Assembly: GCA_951406725.2 (NCBI GenBank)
Contig: OX597817.1
Coordinates: 107,942,001 to 108,006,000 of the forward strand
Direction: 5' to 3'
Length of the DNA stretch: 64,000 nucleotides
Origin: Octopus vulgaris
Taxonomy: Eukaryota
The translations under genes were made by a program, and so were the position numbers. Every line of letters begins with the position of its first letter. Positions within the stretch are counted from its first letter, which is position 1. Positions 42,928-57,710 of this stretch are shown in pieces. Under the pieces are notes generated by a model. It saw only the letters and a list, made by a program, of their open reading frames with translations, had not been told where the DNA came from and searched no databases.

Positions 42928-43230
42928 ATTAAGATTCGGTTGAATTAGGTACTTAAATTGAGGTACCTTGTTAGATCGGAGTAACATGCACACCTGACAC
43001 GATATACACTATTTCGTAAATTCATTCTGCCATCCATCTAAATAGCTAGCACAATCAATGTAAATATTTTAGCTCTGTGGAGTTGTGACTATGTTAAATA
43101 AGTCGAATTGTCCTTTATGTTTGAAGTTCATGCAGTTTCTTTGCAATGATGTAATGTTTTCATTAATCAATTAAAGGGGTCCCTTGAAACGGCCGTAATG
43201 AATTGACACCTGTACGTCTTTGTTACTCCT

Positions 43231-43270
<40 letters not shown>

Positions 43271-43274
<4 letters not shown>

Positions 43275-44527
43275 GTTGGCAATTAAGTTCTCGCCGTTTT
43301 TTAAATTTTGGAATTTATTACGTTTTTAAATTTTCGAATCTATTTTTTTCGAGAATTCTATTTTTGAATCTTAGTTAATTTTTGTTTATTTTCAGATCAT
43401 TAAAATGGAATGTCAAGTTAAGAAAAACGAGCATTTTCGACACCTCCTTCTTTTTACTTTTAATCAAGGTTCTAAGGCCGCAAAAGCTGCTCGTCACATT
43501 TGTGCTGTGTATGAAGAGGGTGCCGTAGCTGAAAGAACCGTTCGTGATTGGTATGCCAAGTTCAAAAACGGAAATTTTGACCTCAAAGACGCACCTCGTT
43601 CTGGCCGTCCAGTTGAGTTCGATGAAGAGCGATTAAACCAACTTTTGCACGAAAATTCTCGTCAAACAACAAGGGAACTGGCAGAGAAAATCGAATGTTC
43701 CCACACTGCTATAGAGAAGTATCTTCACTCGATGGGAAAGGTTCAGAAGTATGGAGCATGGGTTCCGCATTCTTTAAGTGACAACAACAAAAGTCAACGA
43801 GGCACAATCTCCGCTGGTTGGCTTGCTTGTCACCGCTCAACTCATGGATACAAGCAACGATTTCTTTATCGAATTGTTACTGGCGACGAAAAATGGTGCT
43901 TGAACATCAATATGAAGCCGCGTAAGGAATGGCTTAGCTCCGGTAAACAAGCGACACCGCACGTTAAACAAGATTTTCATCCGCGTAAAATGATGTTGTG
44001 TGTATGGTGGGACTGGGAAGGGATTATCCATTACGAATTTCTTGAACGGAACCAAAGAGTTCACGCAGCACTCTATGTTCAAAAGAAGGAACGACTCAAC
44101 ACGGCTATTCAAGAAAAAAGGCCTAATCGGCAGCATGGAGTTCTTCTGCTGCACGACAACGCCCACACTCATATCGCCAATATGACCAAGGAGGCCATTT
44201 AAACGCATAGCTGGGAAGTGCTGCCTCACCCGCCGTACTCTCCTAATTTGGCAATAATGGATTTCCACCTAATTCGATCTCTTTCAAATGCTATGCGCAG
44301 AGTTTCGTTCAATACTGGTAAAGAATTGAAAGCCTGGTTGGATCAATTTTTCGAGTCGAAATCGGGTGATTTCTACCAACGAGATATTGAAAATCTTGTT
44401 GAACGTTGAGAAGAATTTGTAAACAACAAGAATGAATACATTACTGATTAATTAGTTGTTATTTTTTATTAAACCTTTAAAAAAATTTAAATATAAAAAA
44501 CCGGCTGGAACATAGTTGCCAACCCAA
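43271..44527 (+). mobile_element. Full-length mariner (DD34D) transposon
   Basis: TIRs TTGGGTTGGCAATTAAGTTC / GAACATAGTTGCCAACCCAA; preceded by TA; 1257 bp. Confidence 0.95.
43405..44451 (+). pseudogene. Mariner transposase, 348 codons with two in-frame stops
   Basis: WVPHSL, IVTGDEKW, LHDNA and HPPYSPNLAIMDFHL motifs in one frame; stops at 44200-44202 and 44407-44409. Confidence 0.92.
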
Positions 44528-44613
44528 TGTCTGTGTATATATATAAATATGTATATATATACATACATACATACATACATACACACACATACATACATAC
44601 ATATATATATATG

Positions 44614-44898
44614 CTTATTCTACGGGTCTTATTTTATCGGTCTATTTTGCCGAACCGCTAAGTTACGGGGGACGTAAACACACCAACATCGGTTGTCAAA
44701 CGATGGTGGGGAGACTAACACATACACAAAGACACACACATATATATATATACATACATATATACATATTATACATATATACGATAGGCTTCTAACAATT
44801 TCCGTCAACCAAATCCACTCAAAAGGTACGACGTAGTAGGACCGAATCCGGGACTATGAAGTTGGGAAGCAAGCTTCTTACGGTACAACCACGCCTGC

Positions 44899-44902
<4 letters not shown>
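44614..44902 (-). mobile_element. SINE family A (internally deleted)
   Basis: Family consensus. Confidence 0.75.
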
Positions 44903-44977
<75 letters not shown>

Positions 44978-45786
44978 CCACATCCACGTGACCTCTTTAT
45001 TATGACCAATAAGAAATTTTAGGCGCGACACTAGCCAAATTTTAACTTCTCTGGAGCCTTTTTTCTTACCCCAACACCAACTTCCATTCAAACATTCACG
45101 TGACCCCTTCATAATGACCAATCAAAATTGTATTGACCATTGTCCACAAGAAATTTTAGGCGCGAAACCAAGCAAATCTTAAACAACTCTGGAGCCTCTT
45201 TTTTCACATATAAGAGACAGCAAACCCAACATAAAGTCAGATAAGAGGAAAAAATCCATCAGAAAGGAACTCTAATCTTTTGATAAGCATAACAAATGCG
45301 CAACCGGTGAAAAGAACTTTCACCTAATTAAATTACTTAAATTACTTAAATTATTTTGTCAGCATTTTCTTCATTTCCTTTTATATATATATATATATAT
45401 ATATACATACATACACACACACACATGTATATATACACACACACGCACACATATACACACACTCTACCGCGTGCCTACCCTTGTGCAAAAGCTTCTGTTT
45501 GTAGGTGTGCGTAGTAGCCAGCTGGTCTCGTGTTGCAATTCCTTTGTATTTTTTTTTATATCTCTTTCCGGGCCTCACAAGTAAAGTTTTTGTCAACCTT
45601 AACAAAGCCTCAGATTTTTAGATTATAAATTTTACCGAAACAAGCTGTTGTAACTTTCACGCTTATCTCAAGTATATTGAAGACTTAAGTGGCGTGAAAA
45701 TTAAAATAGGGTAATAATAGACTTGACTGCTAGCTTCGGAGTTCAACTCTCTCCGCTTTTTTTAACACGATATAAAAGTAATAGAG

Positions 45787-45910
<124 letters not shown>

Positions 45911-45994
45911 CATACACACACACCACAAAATCACATACACCTCACATCACACACACACATACACATACACGCACACATACACACGCACATACAC

Positions 45995-46044
<50 letters not shown>

Positions 46045-46335
46045 TTTCTAATGAATAGGTAGGTGGAAAGAAGGAAGTGCGGTGTGGATGTGCCGAACAA
46101 TTTTTGATAAATAAAGCTATTCTCTCTGACGTAAGCAAAAAACGCAAAAACCTGGTAATAGCATGCGTTGATTATTGGAGAGCATTCTACTCTTGTTTTC
46201 TCCCCATATTTGCTGAAGACTCTGCATTTGACAAAAACACCTGCCGTCTTACTCGCTACAGTTGAGAGGATATCCTGGGCAACAATCCTCACACTTACAA
46301 TTGAGAGTGGAACGTTTGCCTCTGTTGTATAATAT

Positions 46336-46920
46336 TGGTTTCAAATTTTGGCACAAGGCCAGCAATTTCAGTGAAGTAGGTAAATCGAATACATTTTATC
46401 GACCTCGAAAGAATGAAAGGCAAAGTCGACATCGGTAGAATTTGAACTCAGAACATAAAGACGAACGAAATACCGCCAAGCATTTTGGCCAGCGTGCTAA
46501 CATTTCTTATTTCTTTATTGATCACAAGGGGCTAAACATAGAGGGGACAAACAAGGACAGACAAACGGATTAAGTCGATTATATCGACTCCAGTGCGTAA
46601 CTGGTACTTAATTTATCGACCCCGAAAGGATGAAAGGCAAAGTCGACCTCGGCGGAATTTGAACTTAGAACGTAACAGCAGACGAAATACCTATTTCTTT
46701 ACTACCCACAAGGGGCTCAACACAGAAAGAACAAACAAGGACAGACAAACGAATTTTAGTCGATTATATCGACCCTAGTGCATAACTGGTACTTATTCAT
46801 CGACCCCGAAAAGATGAAAGGCAAAATCGACCTCGGCGGAATTTGAACTCAGAGCGTAGCGGCCGACGAAATACCGCTAAGCATTTCACTCGGTGTGCTA
46901 ACATTTCTGCCAGTTCGCCA
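46336..46920 (-). mobile_element. Compound SINE family B (three bodies) inserted in the LINE
   Basis: Three reverse-complement SINE-B bodies, two with the LINE-like tail. Confidence 0.85.
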
Positions 46921-47320
46921 TCTTTCTTTTGTAATAAATAGTTTAAGGAGAATATTTCAGGGAGATAGTCTTACTGATATTCTGTTTATTTTGGCATTAA
47001 ATCTGTTATCATTTCTATTACAAAACTCCAGTGGCTACATGCAAGGTTCTGCAACTGCTTGAGATACCAATGTAATCTATAATTTCTTTGTAGATGACCT
47101 GGAGTCGATCACATTTTCCGCTGGTATAGCAAAGGAAACCGGCCAAATGAAAAAGTTCGTTTCTGATTGTTGAACGTGGAAAATCAGTCTCGCAAGTCCA
47201 AAACCTGTGCATCAACAGCTCCTACAAAGAATACTACAAATATCTAGGCATCGATGAAAGCATATCATACGATGTAGTGAAGAAGGATAAAGTGACCCGA
47301 GAATATTGCACCAGACTGAA

Positions 47321-47525
47321 GGTGGCGAGCTGCCAAAATCGTTAGCATGCCAGACAAAATGCTTAGCAGCATTTCGTCTGTCTTTACGTTCTGAGTTCAA
47401 ATTCCGCCGAGGTTGACTTTGCTTTTCATCCTTTCGAGGTCGATAAAACAAGTAGCATTTGAGCAGTGTGATTGATGTAATCGACAAATCCCCTTCCTTT
47501 AATTTGTGCAAAAATTTGAAACCAA
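47321..47525 (+). mobile_element. SINE family B
   Basis: Family consensus. Confidence 0.85.
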
Positions 47526-48477
47526 TATTGCACTAAACTTGGGAAATTATGTCACTTAGAACTCCCCTCTCACAATAACACACTATCCCACAATGCATTT
47601 GCAGTACCAGTTCTGATAGCAATATTTAGGATATTTGCCTCACCTGTTGAGGAAATCCACTCCATAAACATTAAAACCTGCAAGATTCTGACATCAATTA
47701 GAAATTTCCATAGAAACAGTGGTATCGACTGGGTTTGTCTAAGAAGACGTGAAGGAGGTAAAAGCTTGAGATCAGAGAGCAAGGCCTTCGAATGCCGTAT
47801 TATCTCTCAGACACCACCCGCTAAACAGCGGCAAAAGTAAACGTATAAACTTAGTAATGAAAAATGAAGAGAATAGCATCTTACGTGTCAACAGTGAAAC
47901 CGTCAAGAAGTTCTCTCTTTCTAACGACCTCACATGTAACCCTATAATAGATGGATTAACATACCTCAAAGAAGACATGGAAGTGAAACCGCATACCAAA
48001 CTAAAGTAAGTAAATAAATAAACAAATAAATAAAATAAAAACTTTAAAAATAAATAATAAAATGCATAGGTGTTTCTCGAATATTTGAGGATGACACTAA
48101 TGTCGACATGAAGTACAACCTTTCTTGGCTGCTAAATCATATCACACTTCAGAGGTTATGTGCTTGTAATTCAAGCGCGAGAGTCTGCTACAAAATACCT
48201 TATCAATAAAAGAGAAAATGAAGCCATTGGACCCCCATGATGCAGCCGAATAAGTCGTTCATGTCACGTTTCTGTTGAAGACATTATATATGATCAGCAG
48301 CTACCCTAAACTTTTATCAAGTGACACGATATAGTCGCTAAAACAGTATACAATGCCTTCCGAGAGAAATATTGTCCTGGGATAAACATAGATAACACTC
48401 TGTTGTTGAATACATACATAAGTTTCAACACAAGGGATATTGGCAGAACAAGTATTTGGACTAGGTCTTTAGTTTGA

Positions 48478-48708
48478 GAGGCGAGTTGGCAGAAACGTTA
48501 GTACGTCGGGCGAAATGCGTAGCAGTATTTCGTCTGCCGTTACGTTCTGAGTTCAAATTCCGCCGAGGTCGACTTTGCCTTTCATCCTTTCGGGGTCGAT
48601 AAATTAAGTACCAGTTACGTACTGAGGTCGATGTAATCGACTTAATCCCTTTGTCTGTCGTTGTTTGTCCCCTCTATGTTTAGCCCCTTGTGGGCAATAA
48701 AGAAATAA
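48478..48708 (+). mobile_element. SINE family B with LINE-like tail
   Basis: Ends AGCCCCTTGTGGGCAATAAAGAAATAAG. Confidence 0.88.
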
Positions 48709-49979
48709 GTTTAAGAATAACTTCTTCTCTCCTTCCTACCTACAATCTCGGAGTCATAGGCAGCGACTTCCCTCCTGACTAATGGGTAAAAAAAAAAGAT
48801 TTCTAAATAACTTGGGTTTTTTCTTTCTGGAAGTTAGAATACATATGCATGTCAAATTGATGAAATGAAAATTGCTCTTTTGCTTATCAGTCTTGACATG
48901 TAGATGAGAACAATGTATAACAAATATTGACAATAGCTATCACAATTATACAAGACTCTGAAACGTGTATCGATGCTGAAGATGTTTAAAGATATCCTTG
49001 CATTCTGGTTGGATTTAAACAAATGCTTGCTTCAATCCTGTGCTGTTATGTAAGAAAGTAAAAGATACAATCAATTATGAAACGCTATGAAGTGCATTCT
49101 TCTTTGCATGGACTACAATCGGAAATGTGGGCAGAAGTTGTTTTAATTCTTAGTGAGTGGTGGACACAGTATATATATATATTATGCTATTTTAAGTTTG
49201 TGGAGTATTAGAGTCGTTAGGACATCGGCTAGAATGGTATGCGGTGGTAGTCCTAATTTCCTGCGATCTGAGTTTAAATTCCCCCACCCCGATGTCAACA
49301 CTGACCCCTATTCACTCTTCTACGGTTCATAAGGTACCAGTTAAATAAAATACTAACCACAAAGAAGATCGATTCTTCGCCCCGCTCTCTCTCTCTTTCA
49401 GTCATCGGCCATGTTGCGTCATTAGAAGAGTCCATTTCTCCAGAAATTAAGAATTGAGGGAGGGGTTAGCATCCTGTCCTCATAGAAAAACTGATAAACT
49501 ACTAAAACAATCGAAGAACGGTCCGATGTGCTGTTTATCATGGAAAGATAAAATAATAATTATAAATAAGAATTCATTGTCTAGTGAAGTATAGCCATTA
49601 TATCGATCGTAGATATTAGAAGATGGATATTTGTAAGAAAAACAATAAATGAAAAAGCAGATAATGTAAACATTTACTATTAGTGTACATAGAAGACAAT
49701 GTGGGTGTATAAACGTGTATGTGTGCGTCTGTCTCTTTGCACAGGACCAGTCCGGATTCAGCATGCGGCTAGAGCGACATCTGATCCGCTCCATTGCATA
49801 TCTCGCTGAAACTGAATATAGTTCAACACGAGTTATTTTAGTTATTACTTAGAGAAATTCTCTTTGGTTAGCATAGAGACAGAGATTTGGGATTACTAAC
49901 TTATCAGTCCCCGTATTTGTAAAATAAAGTTGCACCACACAGGATTTGAACACAGAAACTTGAAGACTTTGATTTCTCT

Positions 49980-50340
49980 GCCAAACAAGGCATTTGAAAG
50001 ATACACTTAGATACAATTTTTAGAACTTTATACATGCTGGACTTCGGTTGAGAGTTCTGTATCTAGTTCTGGGAATTGTGTTTTGTAAACGACAGACTTT
50101 GCTGATGATCTCGCAGATGTTTATGTATCCATATACGTAAATATTAACAAGTGAAACTAATTCGTACATAGGTAATCGGTTTTTTATTTTTTTCGTATAT
50201 TTTCATTTGTCTTGCTTATTTTTACACTTTGGTTTTTTGCTGAGATTTTCTTGAGAACACATTCTTCGTGGAAAATGGCGATTTTGACGTCTATATCTAG
50301 CATAAAGGCTGTCCACTTTAGTGGTCAGTCCTCTAAATTT

Positions 50341-50342
<2 letters not shown>
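49980..50342 (+). mobile_element. Diverged solo member of the 505-bp HHR family (HHR at 50097-50171)
   Basis: Shares GGCATTTGAAAGATA, CTGATGA...GAAACTAA..GTACAT and TTTGACGTCTATATCTAGCAT with the 505-bp unit; ends at (TA)n. Confidence 0.8.
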
Positions 50343-50386
<44 letters not shown>

Positions 50387-51111
50387 GTATGTATGGGGAG
50401 ACTCGTTTGTATAGTTCTCTCTCCGTAAATTATTTAATGTCGTTGCATTTTGGTTGCGTTGTTTACTTACATTTAAAAATCTTTCTCAAAATGACTCCGG
50501 ATCGGTATGACTTTTCATGCTGTGATATGAAAGTTATGCAAACAAAGTTTATTACACTTACGTTTTTGTAGTTTCTTACAATGACGAAATGTTTTAATTA
50601 CTGCTCACAATTCTTGCTTAAGGGCAATTCACTTACTCATGAATGTATCTAGTCGGCAGTTCCAATAAATGTTGGATAGTCTATTATACGTATAGTCGCA
50701 ACTGATGATTAGTGAATTAATTATTTACTTTGTATCTAATAAAAGTGTCCAGTTATGCGATTCTCTTCCTAAATGAGAGGGGTGAGCCATCTTGGTTCTG
50801 TGCCTCCATTTCGATCAATTTCTTTTACTTCCATCTTGTTGGCGAATGATAATTGCAACACATTACATTAACACATTCAATGTCCAAAAGTTGTGAAGTT
50901 CAATCTACATTAAGTGTTCTTTATTAACTTGATTGAACACGGATTCTTTTATCGATTCATGTCATTACCGCTCTTTTGTGTAATGTTTTGTCAATGTAAA
51001 TGGTTGAGATTTATTTAATCTTGCTGTGAGCTGTTTTGAGTGGTTTATATTCTTCACTCAATTTCTGTTCGCCCATAAATAGCACTCCGAAAAATAACTC
51101 GATCTTTTTAT

Positions 51112-51325
51112 TTTATCTGTTTATCATTTGATTGCGCCCATGCTACGACACCACCTTGAAGAACTTGTCGTCGAATTAATCTACTTCTGTACTTAGTTTT
51201 TAAGCCTGGTAATTATTGTATCGGTCTCTTTTTTGCCGAACTATAAAGTTATGGGATATAAACGAACCAACAAGTTGTCAAGTGGTGGTTGACACACACA
51301 CACACACACACACACACGCACGCAC

Positions 51326-51392
<67 letters not shown>

Positions 51393-51530
51393 TACACGAC
51401 GGGTTTATTTCAGTTTCCGTCTACCAAATCCAATCACAAGGCTTTGGTCGACCCGAGGTTATTATAGAAGACACTTGCCCAATGTGTCATGCAGTAGACT
51501 GAACCCCGTGGAGCCTTGTGGTTGGGCTGC
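51112..51530 (-). mobile_element. SINE family A
   Basis: Family consensus with internal (CA)n. Confidence 0.8.
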
Positions 51531-52195
51531 ATTTTGCCCATGACTAATTAAAGTATTAAGAAGAAAAAAAAAAGACAAGCCGGAAGTTGTTTCAGTAAGG
51601 TAAACAACAGAAACTTGACTTATTCTTCAAGACATTTCCCTGCTACGGTTGCGGGGCTTATTGATGTGATATTGATGATCCACCTATTATTATTAATTTA
51701 GTAATTTCCTTTCCATTAGCTTCAGACGTGTACTAGCGGAAAACAAGGACCAGAGGCGTATCAAAGCTCTACTACCTCAGAGAATCATGGGAGCATTATG
51801 ACCCCACTAACTCAGAACGACAATTTATTACGTCTTTCTCTACTTCTACCGCAATCAGAGTAAACACATCTGACATCTATCATATTCGAATTAAATGAAC
51901 AATTCACAGATTAACATGTTTTTCACATTTTAAAATACAGTAAACGTTATTCATTCTATAAAAGCCACATTTATATCTTTTATTCAGGTATACAATATTC
52001 ATAAGATTTTCTGAAAGTTTGTAATTCATAATTATGCTCAGTAAGAAAGCGTAAATAATTTTCTTTGCAATGACATATATATTCAATAATAAGGTGTCTC
52101 ATCAGAACACCTGCTAAAGGTTCGCTGCATTTAAAAAATATAATACAATATATATATTGTATAAACAGTAGCTATGTATATATATATATATAATA

Positions 52196-52533
52196 CGAGC
52201 AAAACGCCCCCGTCCAATGGACGGTGCTGAGTTGTCAAACATTTAAACCAAATTTTCTCAAAACAACTTGTCCGACCGTCCCATAGGCCTCCCCTTTGAG
52301 AAACACTGATTTAACCTAAATTTGAGACACCAGCAAAAGAAGAAATAAAGATAGACTTTTTTCTATTCCAAACAAAAACGATTTCCCACGGCTGGAATCG
52401 ATTTTTGTAATTGTTTCAAGACTTATACACGCCCTGATACCATCGGTATCTACATATCAAATTTCAGCACAATCGGATGGAGGATGCCCGAGATCCTAGA
52501 AGATATACAGACAGACAGAACGGATTTTATATA

Positions 52534-52536
<3 letters not shown>
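52196..52536 (-). mobile_element. Non-autonomous Helitron-like element
   Basis: Reverse complement starts TCTTATATAAAATCCG(TCTG)n and ends with hairpin CCGTCCATTGGACGG, then CTCG|T (CTAG-like). Confidence 0.55.
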
Positions 52537-52569
<33 letters not shown>

Positions 52570-52577
52570 AATATATA

Positions 52578-52652
<75 letters not shown>

Positions 52653-52749
52653 CATACACACACATACATATACACATACATATTTATATGTATATATACA
52701 TACATACATGCATATAATATGATATTATATACATACATATATATATATA

Positions 52750-53595
52750 TATAATGAATTGAGGATATAATCATTAAAACACTTGACGGACAACGTCTGT
52801 ACGTTAGAAGTAGATGTCAAATGTCTACAAACCACTCTAAATTTGTTCTGTTTTTTTCTTCTTTTGCACATACCGATAAATACCTGCGTAAAGATACCAA
52901 TATATACACTCATTTCCCACGTATACATTATATCTAATCGCCCATCTCAGCTATGTGGTTGTTGTCAGAATAGTACCGGAGCAAATATATTGTCCATTTC
53001 CTCGCATTCAGCCTTGTGGAAAAAAGGAGAACAAACTTAGAGTGGTTTGGAGACATTTAACATCTACTTCTAGCGTGTTGGTGTTGTCCCTCCAGTATAT
53101 AATTATATGTTTATAATTATATACTTAAATATTAGTTTTACCGTTATGGTATTTTTTATACGCTGGCCGCTGGTGTAACCATTGATTATATCCTCAATTT
53201 ATACGCATATATAATTTTGAATTCTCTAGTCATTATATTTGCTCCGGTACTATTCTGACAACCGCATGGCTGAGATGGGCGATTAAATATAATGTATACG
53301 TGGGATAAGTATGTATATACTGGTATCTGTACGCAAGTATTTATCGGTATGTATATATATTTTTCACTTATATATTGTCGGTATACTTCTATGGAAGAAT
53401 GTAAAGTAATTTTTATTACAAAACACGAAATCTTAAGATATAGAATTGTCGGAAATTTTATGAATCTTTTCGTCCATTTCCTAGCATTTAGCCTTGTGCA
53501 AAGAAAGAGAACAAATTTAGAGTGGTTTGTAGACATTTGACATCTACTTCTAGCGTATTGGTATTGTCCCTCAGGTGCTCTTAATTATAATTATA
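52750..53595. mobile_element. Older HHR-type array: inverted partial copy plus ~1.25 tandem copies of a 480-bp unit
   Basis: Direct repeat starts at 52992 and 53472; 52750-52988 is an internally deleted reverse complement. HHR relic 53387-53445: TTCTA TGGAAGA...GAAA TCTTAAGA TA TAGAA. TA tracts on both sides. Confidence 0.75.
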
Positions 53596-53609
53596 TATTT
53601 ATAATGATA

Positions 53610-53661
<52 letters not shown>

Positions 53662-54308
53662 CAATCTTACACAGAGCACAAATAAACAGAGAATTAAATG
53701 GGAGAAGATATGGTGTTACAAGTCCCACAACTGTTTCTGGGAGATCCAAGTTAATTCACAATCATGGCAGATGTAGTTCACTAGAATATGCAACCAGAAA
53801 TGGAAGCAAATAAACATGGGATAGATCCGACCTCCGTCTTCAGGGTAGAGAGATAAAAAATCTGAGCACAATCTGTCTCCATATCTGCTCACCTGGATTT
53901 CTCTTGAAGGCACTTTTTTACCCCGCAGACTTGGTCCTCGATAAAGCTTTCGGAGTGTAAGTTCAAACTATTTGAGCACTACTGAGTGTTTTCTACATTA
54001 AGAATATCGGGATCTCGTCTGTTGGCTCTGTATGTATGTATGTATGTATGTATGTATGTATGTATGTATGTATGTATGTATGTATGTATGTATGTGTATG
54101 TATGTATGTATGTACGTACGTACGTATGTATGTATGTATGTATGTATGTATGTATGTATGTATGTATGTATGTATGTACGTATGTATGTATGTACGTATG
54201 TATGTATGTATGTATGTATGTATGTATGTATGTATGTATGTATGTATGTATATATTTGTGTGTATATACATAAATACGAGATACATACAGATACGAAATA
54301 CATACATA

Positions 54309-55582
54309 CGAAGGTCGGCTGAAAAGTTCATAGGCTAACTAAGATACTCTCATGGAACGTGACTAAATGAGGCTTATTTTTCAACATAGTCCCCCTTGCG
54401 GTCCACACACTTCTTTCGTTTGTGTTGCAATGCTTGGATCCTATTGGTGAAGAAGCCTTCATCCTGTTGGCCAAAAATGTCACCACCAGCAGATATATCA
54501 TCATCGTAACTACGATACTGGTTCCCAGCAATTGTTTTTTATCATGGGAAACGGATGATGGTGAGATGGAGCCAAATCAGAAGAATAAGGAGGGTGATCA
54601 ACCAATTCAGGGCCACAGTCACGCACAGCAGCTACTGAAGCGAAGGACTTGTGTGCTGGAGCATTTTCCAGATGAAATAAGACTCATGTCGTCAGTTCTC
54701 TTGAGCGTTTGGTCTGGTAGCCTTTCATAACTGCCTAAGCAAGTTGGCATATTTCTCTCGAATAATGGTGTGGCCTTTTTGAAAATAGTCAATAAACACA
54801 ATGCCTTTTGCATCTCAAAAACTGAGACCATCACCTTCCATGCAAATGAAACGACATTGGCTTTCTTTGGAACAGGTGAGGGGGCTGTTATCACTGCATG
54901 AATTGTCTCTTTGTCTCTGACTCAAAGTGATCAACCCAGCACTCATCTTGGCTAAGGAAACGTTCAGCAAACCACCTGGATCTGCTTGAAGCAATGTCAG
55001 ATATTCCCGTGATGTAATCAGTTCGGTGCACTTTTGATCAGTTGTCAGAAGACCACCGAACAGAAACGTTCGTCATGCTAAATTCATTGTGCAGAATATT
55101 CTCAACTTTCTCACGGGATATGCTAATAGCATTGATGTTTGGTTTATAGTCAATCATCTGTCAACCATAGCTATGTGGTGAACGCGATTAATGCTTTCAT
55201 TGGTGGCGGCAGCTGCAGGACATCTAGACCTTGGGTCATCTTCAAGACTCTCTGTTCTCCTCCTAAATTCATTTGCCCACTTTTGCACTGTTGATAAAGT
55301 TGGAGCGTCATCCCCTAATGTAGCAATCATGACAGTAAAAATGTGTGTGTATGTGTGGTGGGGCTAAATCCTTTTTCTGCCGATACTTGACAACACCACG
55401 ATGCCAAATTTTGTCCATTTACAAAAGAAGTCGCTACTAGTTACTGCTGACGTCTTCTTTGAACAGCCAAATCTCAGTTCAGAAACAATGCAGCTAAACG
55501 GATGAAATGAATGCATGCAATATTTCACAGCTCAACCATTATTCCTTCATAGTAAGCATATGAACTTTTCAGTCCACCCTCA
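54309..55582 (-). mobile_element. Full-length decayed mariner (irritans-like)
   Basis: TIRs CGAAGGTCGGCTGAAAAGTTCATAGGCT / AGCATATGAACTTTTCAGTCCACCCTCA. Minus-strand peptides include STVQKWANEFRR..SLEDDPRS and PKKANVVSFAWKVMVSVF. Confidence 0.9.
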
Positions 55583-55592
55583 CACACACACA

Positions 55593-56056
<464 letters not shown>

Positions 56057-56304
56057 TATATACATATATACACACACACACACACACTTATATATATATA
56101 TATATATATATATATGTAGAGAGAGACATACATACATACATACATACATACATACATACATACATACATACATACATACATACATACATACATACATACA
56201 TACATACATACATACATACATACATACATACATACATGCATACGTACGTTCGTACATATATACATACATACGTATATACATACTTGTGAAATTGAAAAAG
56301 TAAA

Positions 56305-56633
56305 AGAGCCAATAAGTTAAAACACAATGAGGGCCGCAAGGATAAGATTACTTTCTGTTGTGGAAATCAGCCTTCCTCTGGACACGATTGTAGTTAGAAG
56401 AATACAAAAGAAAGACGAGATCATAATAAACAGTTTGTAAATCCAGTACCCAAGATACACTATGAGATTCATATCTATCATTATTGAAGCAATAGGATAC
56501 ATACCAACCCGTCTGGAGCAAAGTATGGCTGAACTTGGTTTTTGGGGAGAGAATGCAAATTCATTCTCTAGAAATGATCACGATACCAGGGACTATAAAA
56601 ATATTCACGACCTTCTTAAGATTTAAAAGATAA
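56305..56633 (+). pseudogene. R4/Dong-like restriction-like endonuclease (RLE) C-terminal fragment
   Basis: NKLKHN..., VVEISLPLD, QYPRYTMRFISIIIEAIGYIP, GTIKIFTTFLRF*. Confidence 0.7.
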
Positions 56634-56734
56634 TGTTAAAAGAAAGTACTTCGTTTCGCAACCTTGCTACCAAATAGATGGCTGGCCAAAATTTACTCTA
56701 AATTTAAAAAGAGAAAGCGAGCATACATACATCT

Positions 56735-57350
56735 TTCTCTTAGTTCTTAGATTCTCCAGTGTTGTCAGCTGAACGGGCAACGATGTTTCTCCAAACATCA
56801 TGATTGCACGTTTCCCGCTTAGCTCCACACGGGCCGACTCCTATCATTATCATGTCGTCCAAGAACGTATTGCACCACGTCTTCCTTGGTCCTCCACTCG
56901 AACTTATTTCTTATTTCCAGCGACTAATCCACCACGATAGTAACATATCACTCCTGCAATAATCTAAGTATAAGGCCAGTATAATGCATCCGCCGCTTAG
57001 TCACTACGTCCAGCAAAATTCTCATGCTCTGTCCCGATAGAAGATGCCCAAGGTTAAACGTAGGCAGCTGTGATGGAACATGTCCAGCAACAGAGAGATT
57101 TTTACTCTCTTCTTCCAGGTTTTACAGGCATCGATGCCTGTTGATATAATAATAGCTGAGCATAGCTGCAGCTTTATCTTCTTGCTGATAGTCTTCGATC
57201 TCCTTATTATACGAAGGTGCTGGAATACTGACATTGATTTATCTATACTGATCTTGACTTCAACTTTTGCATCAAACTCGTTCTAAACACAGCCTTCCAG
57301 ATATGTAAACTTATCAACTTATTCGACGTCGTATCGTCGGATATTGACAA
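56735..57350 (-). pseudogene. 3' fragment of an RTE-clade LINE
   Basis: VDKFTYL, SVFQHLRIIRRSKTISKKIKLQL...KTW...LDMFHHSCLRLTLGI and RGGPRKTW peptides. Confidence 0.8.
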
Positions 57351-57437
57351 GTTGTGATTGTCATACATGCATATGTGCATAAATGCACGCACACACACAC
57401 ACGCACGCACACAGACACACAACCACACACACAACCA

Positions 57438-57477
<40 letters not shown>

Positions 57478-57710
57478 TATATATATATATATATATATAT
57501 ATACCTGATACAAAATTTGTTAAAACTTGTCACTCTTGTGTTTTCTTATTTTATTCATTGCCTTACATGTGTATGCGCGTGCCCGTGTATCTATATGTAT
57601 ACATTTAGATGTATACATAAACGTATACATTTAGATGTATCTATCTGTATCTCTCTCCCCTCTCTGTTTATCTGTCTCCCCCCCCTCTCTCTCTCTATAT
57701 ATATATATAT

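Larger units (their letters stand above)
46055..48470 (+). pseudogene. Decayed R4/Dong-like LINE reverse transcriptase, interrupted by SINEs
   Basis: Motifs in the expected order: GCAEQFLINKAIL..KNLVIACVDYWRAFYS, IFQGDSL..ILFILALNLLS, FFVDDL, YKYLGI, NAFAVPVL, FHRNSGIDWVCLRRREGGKSL, HDIVAKTVYNA. Confidence 0.85.
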
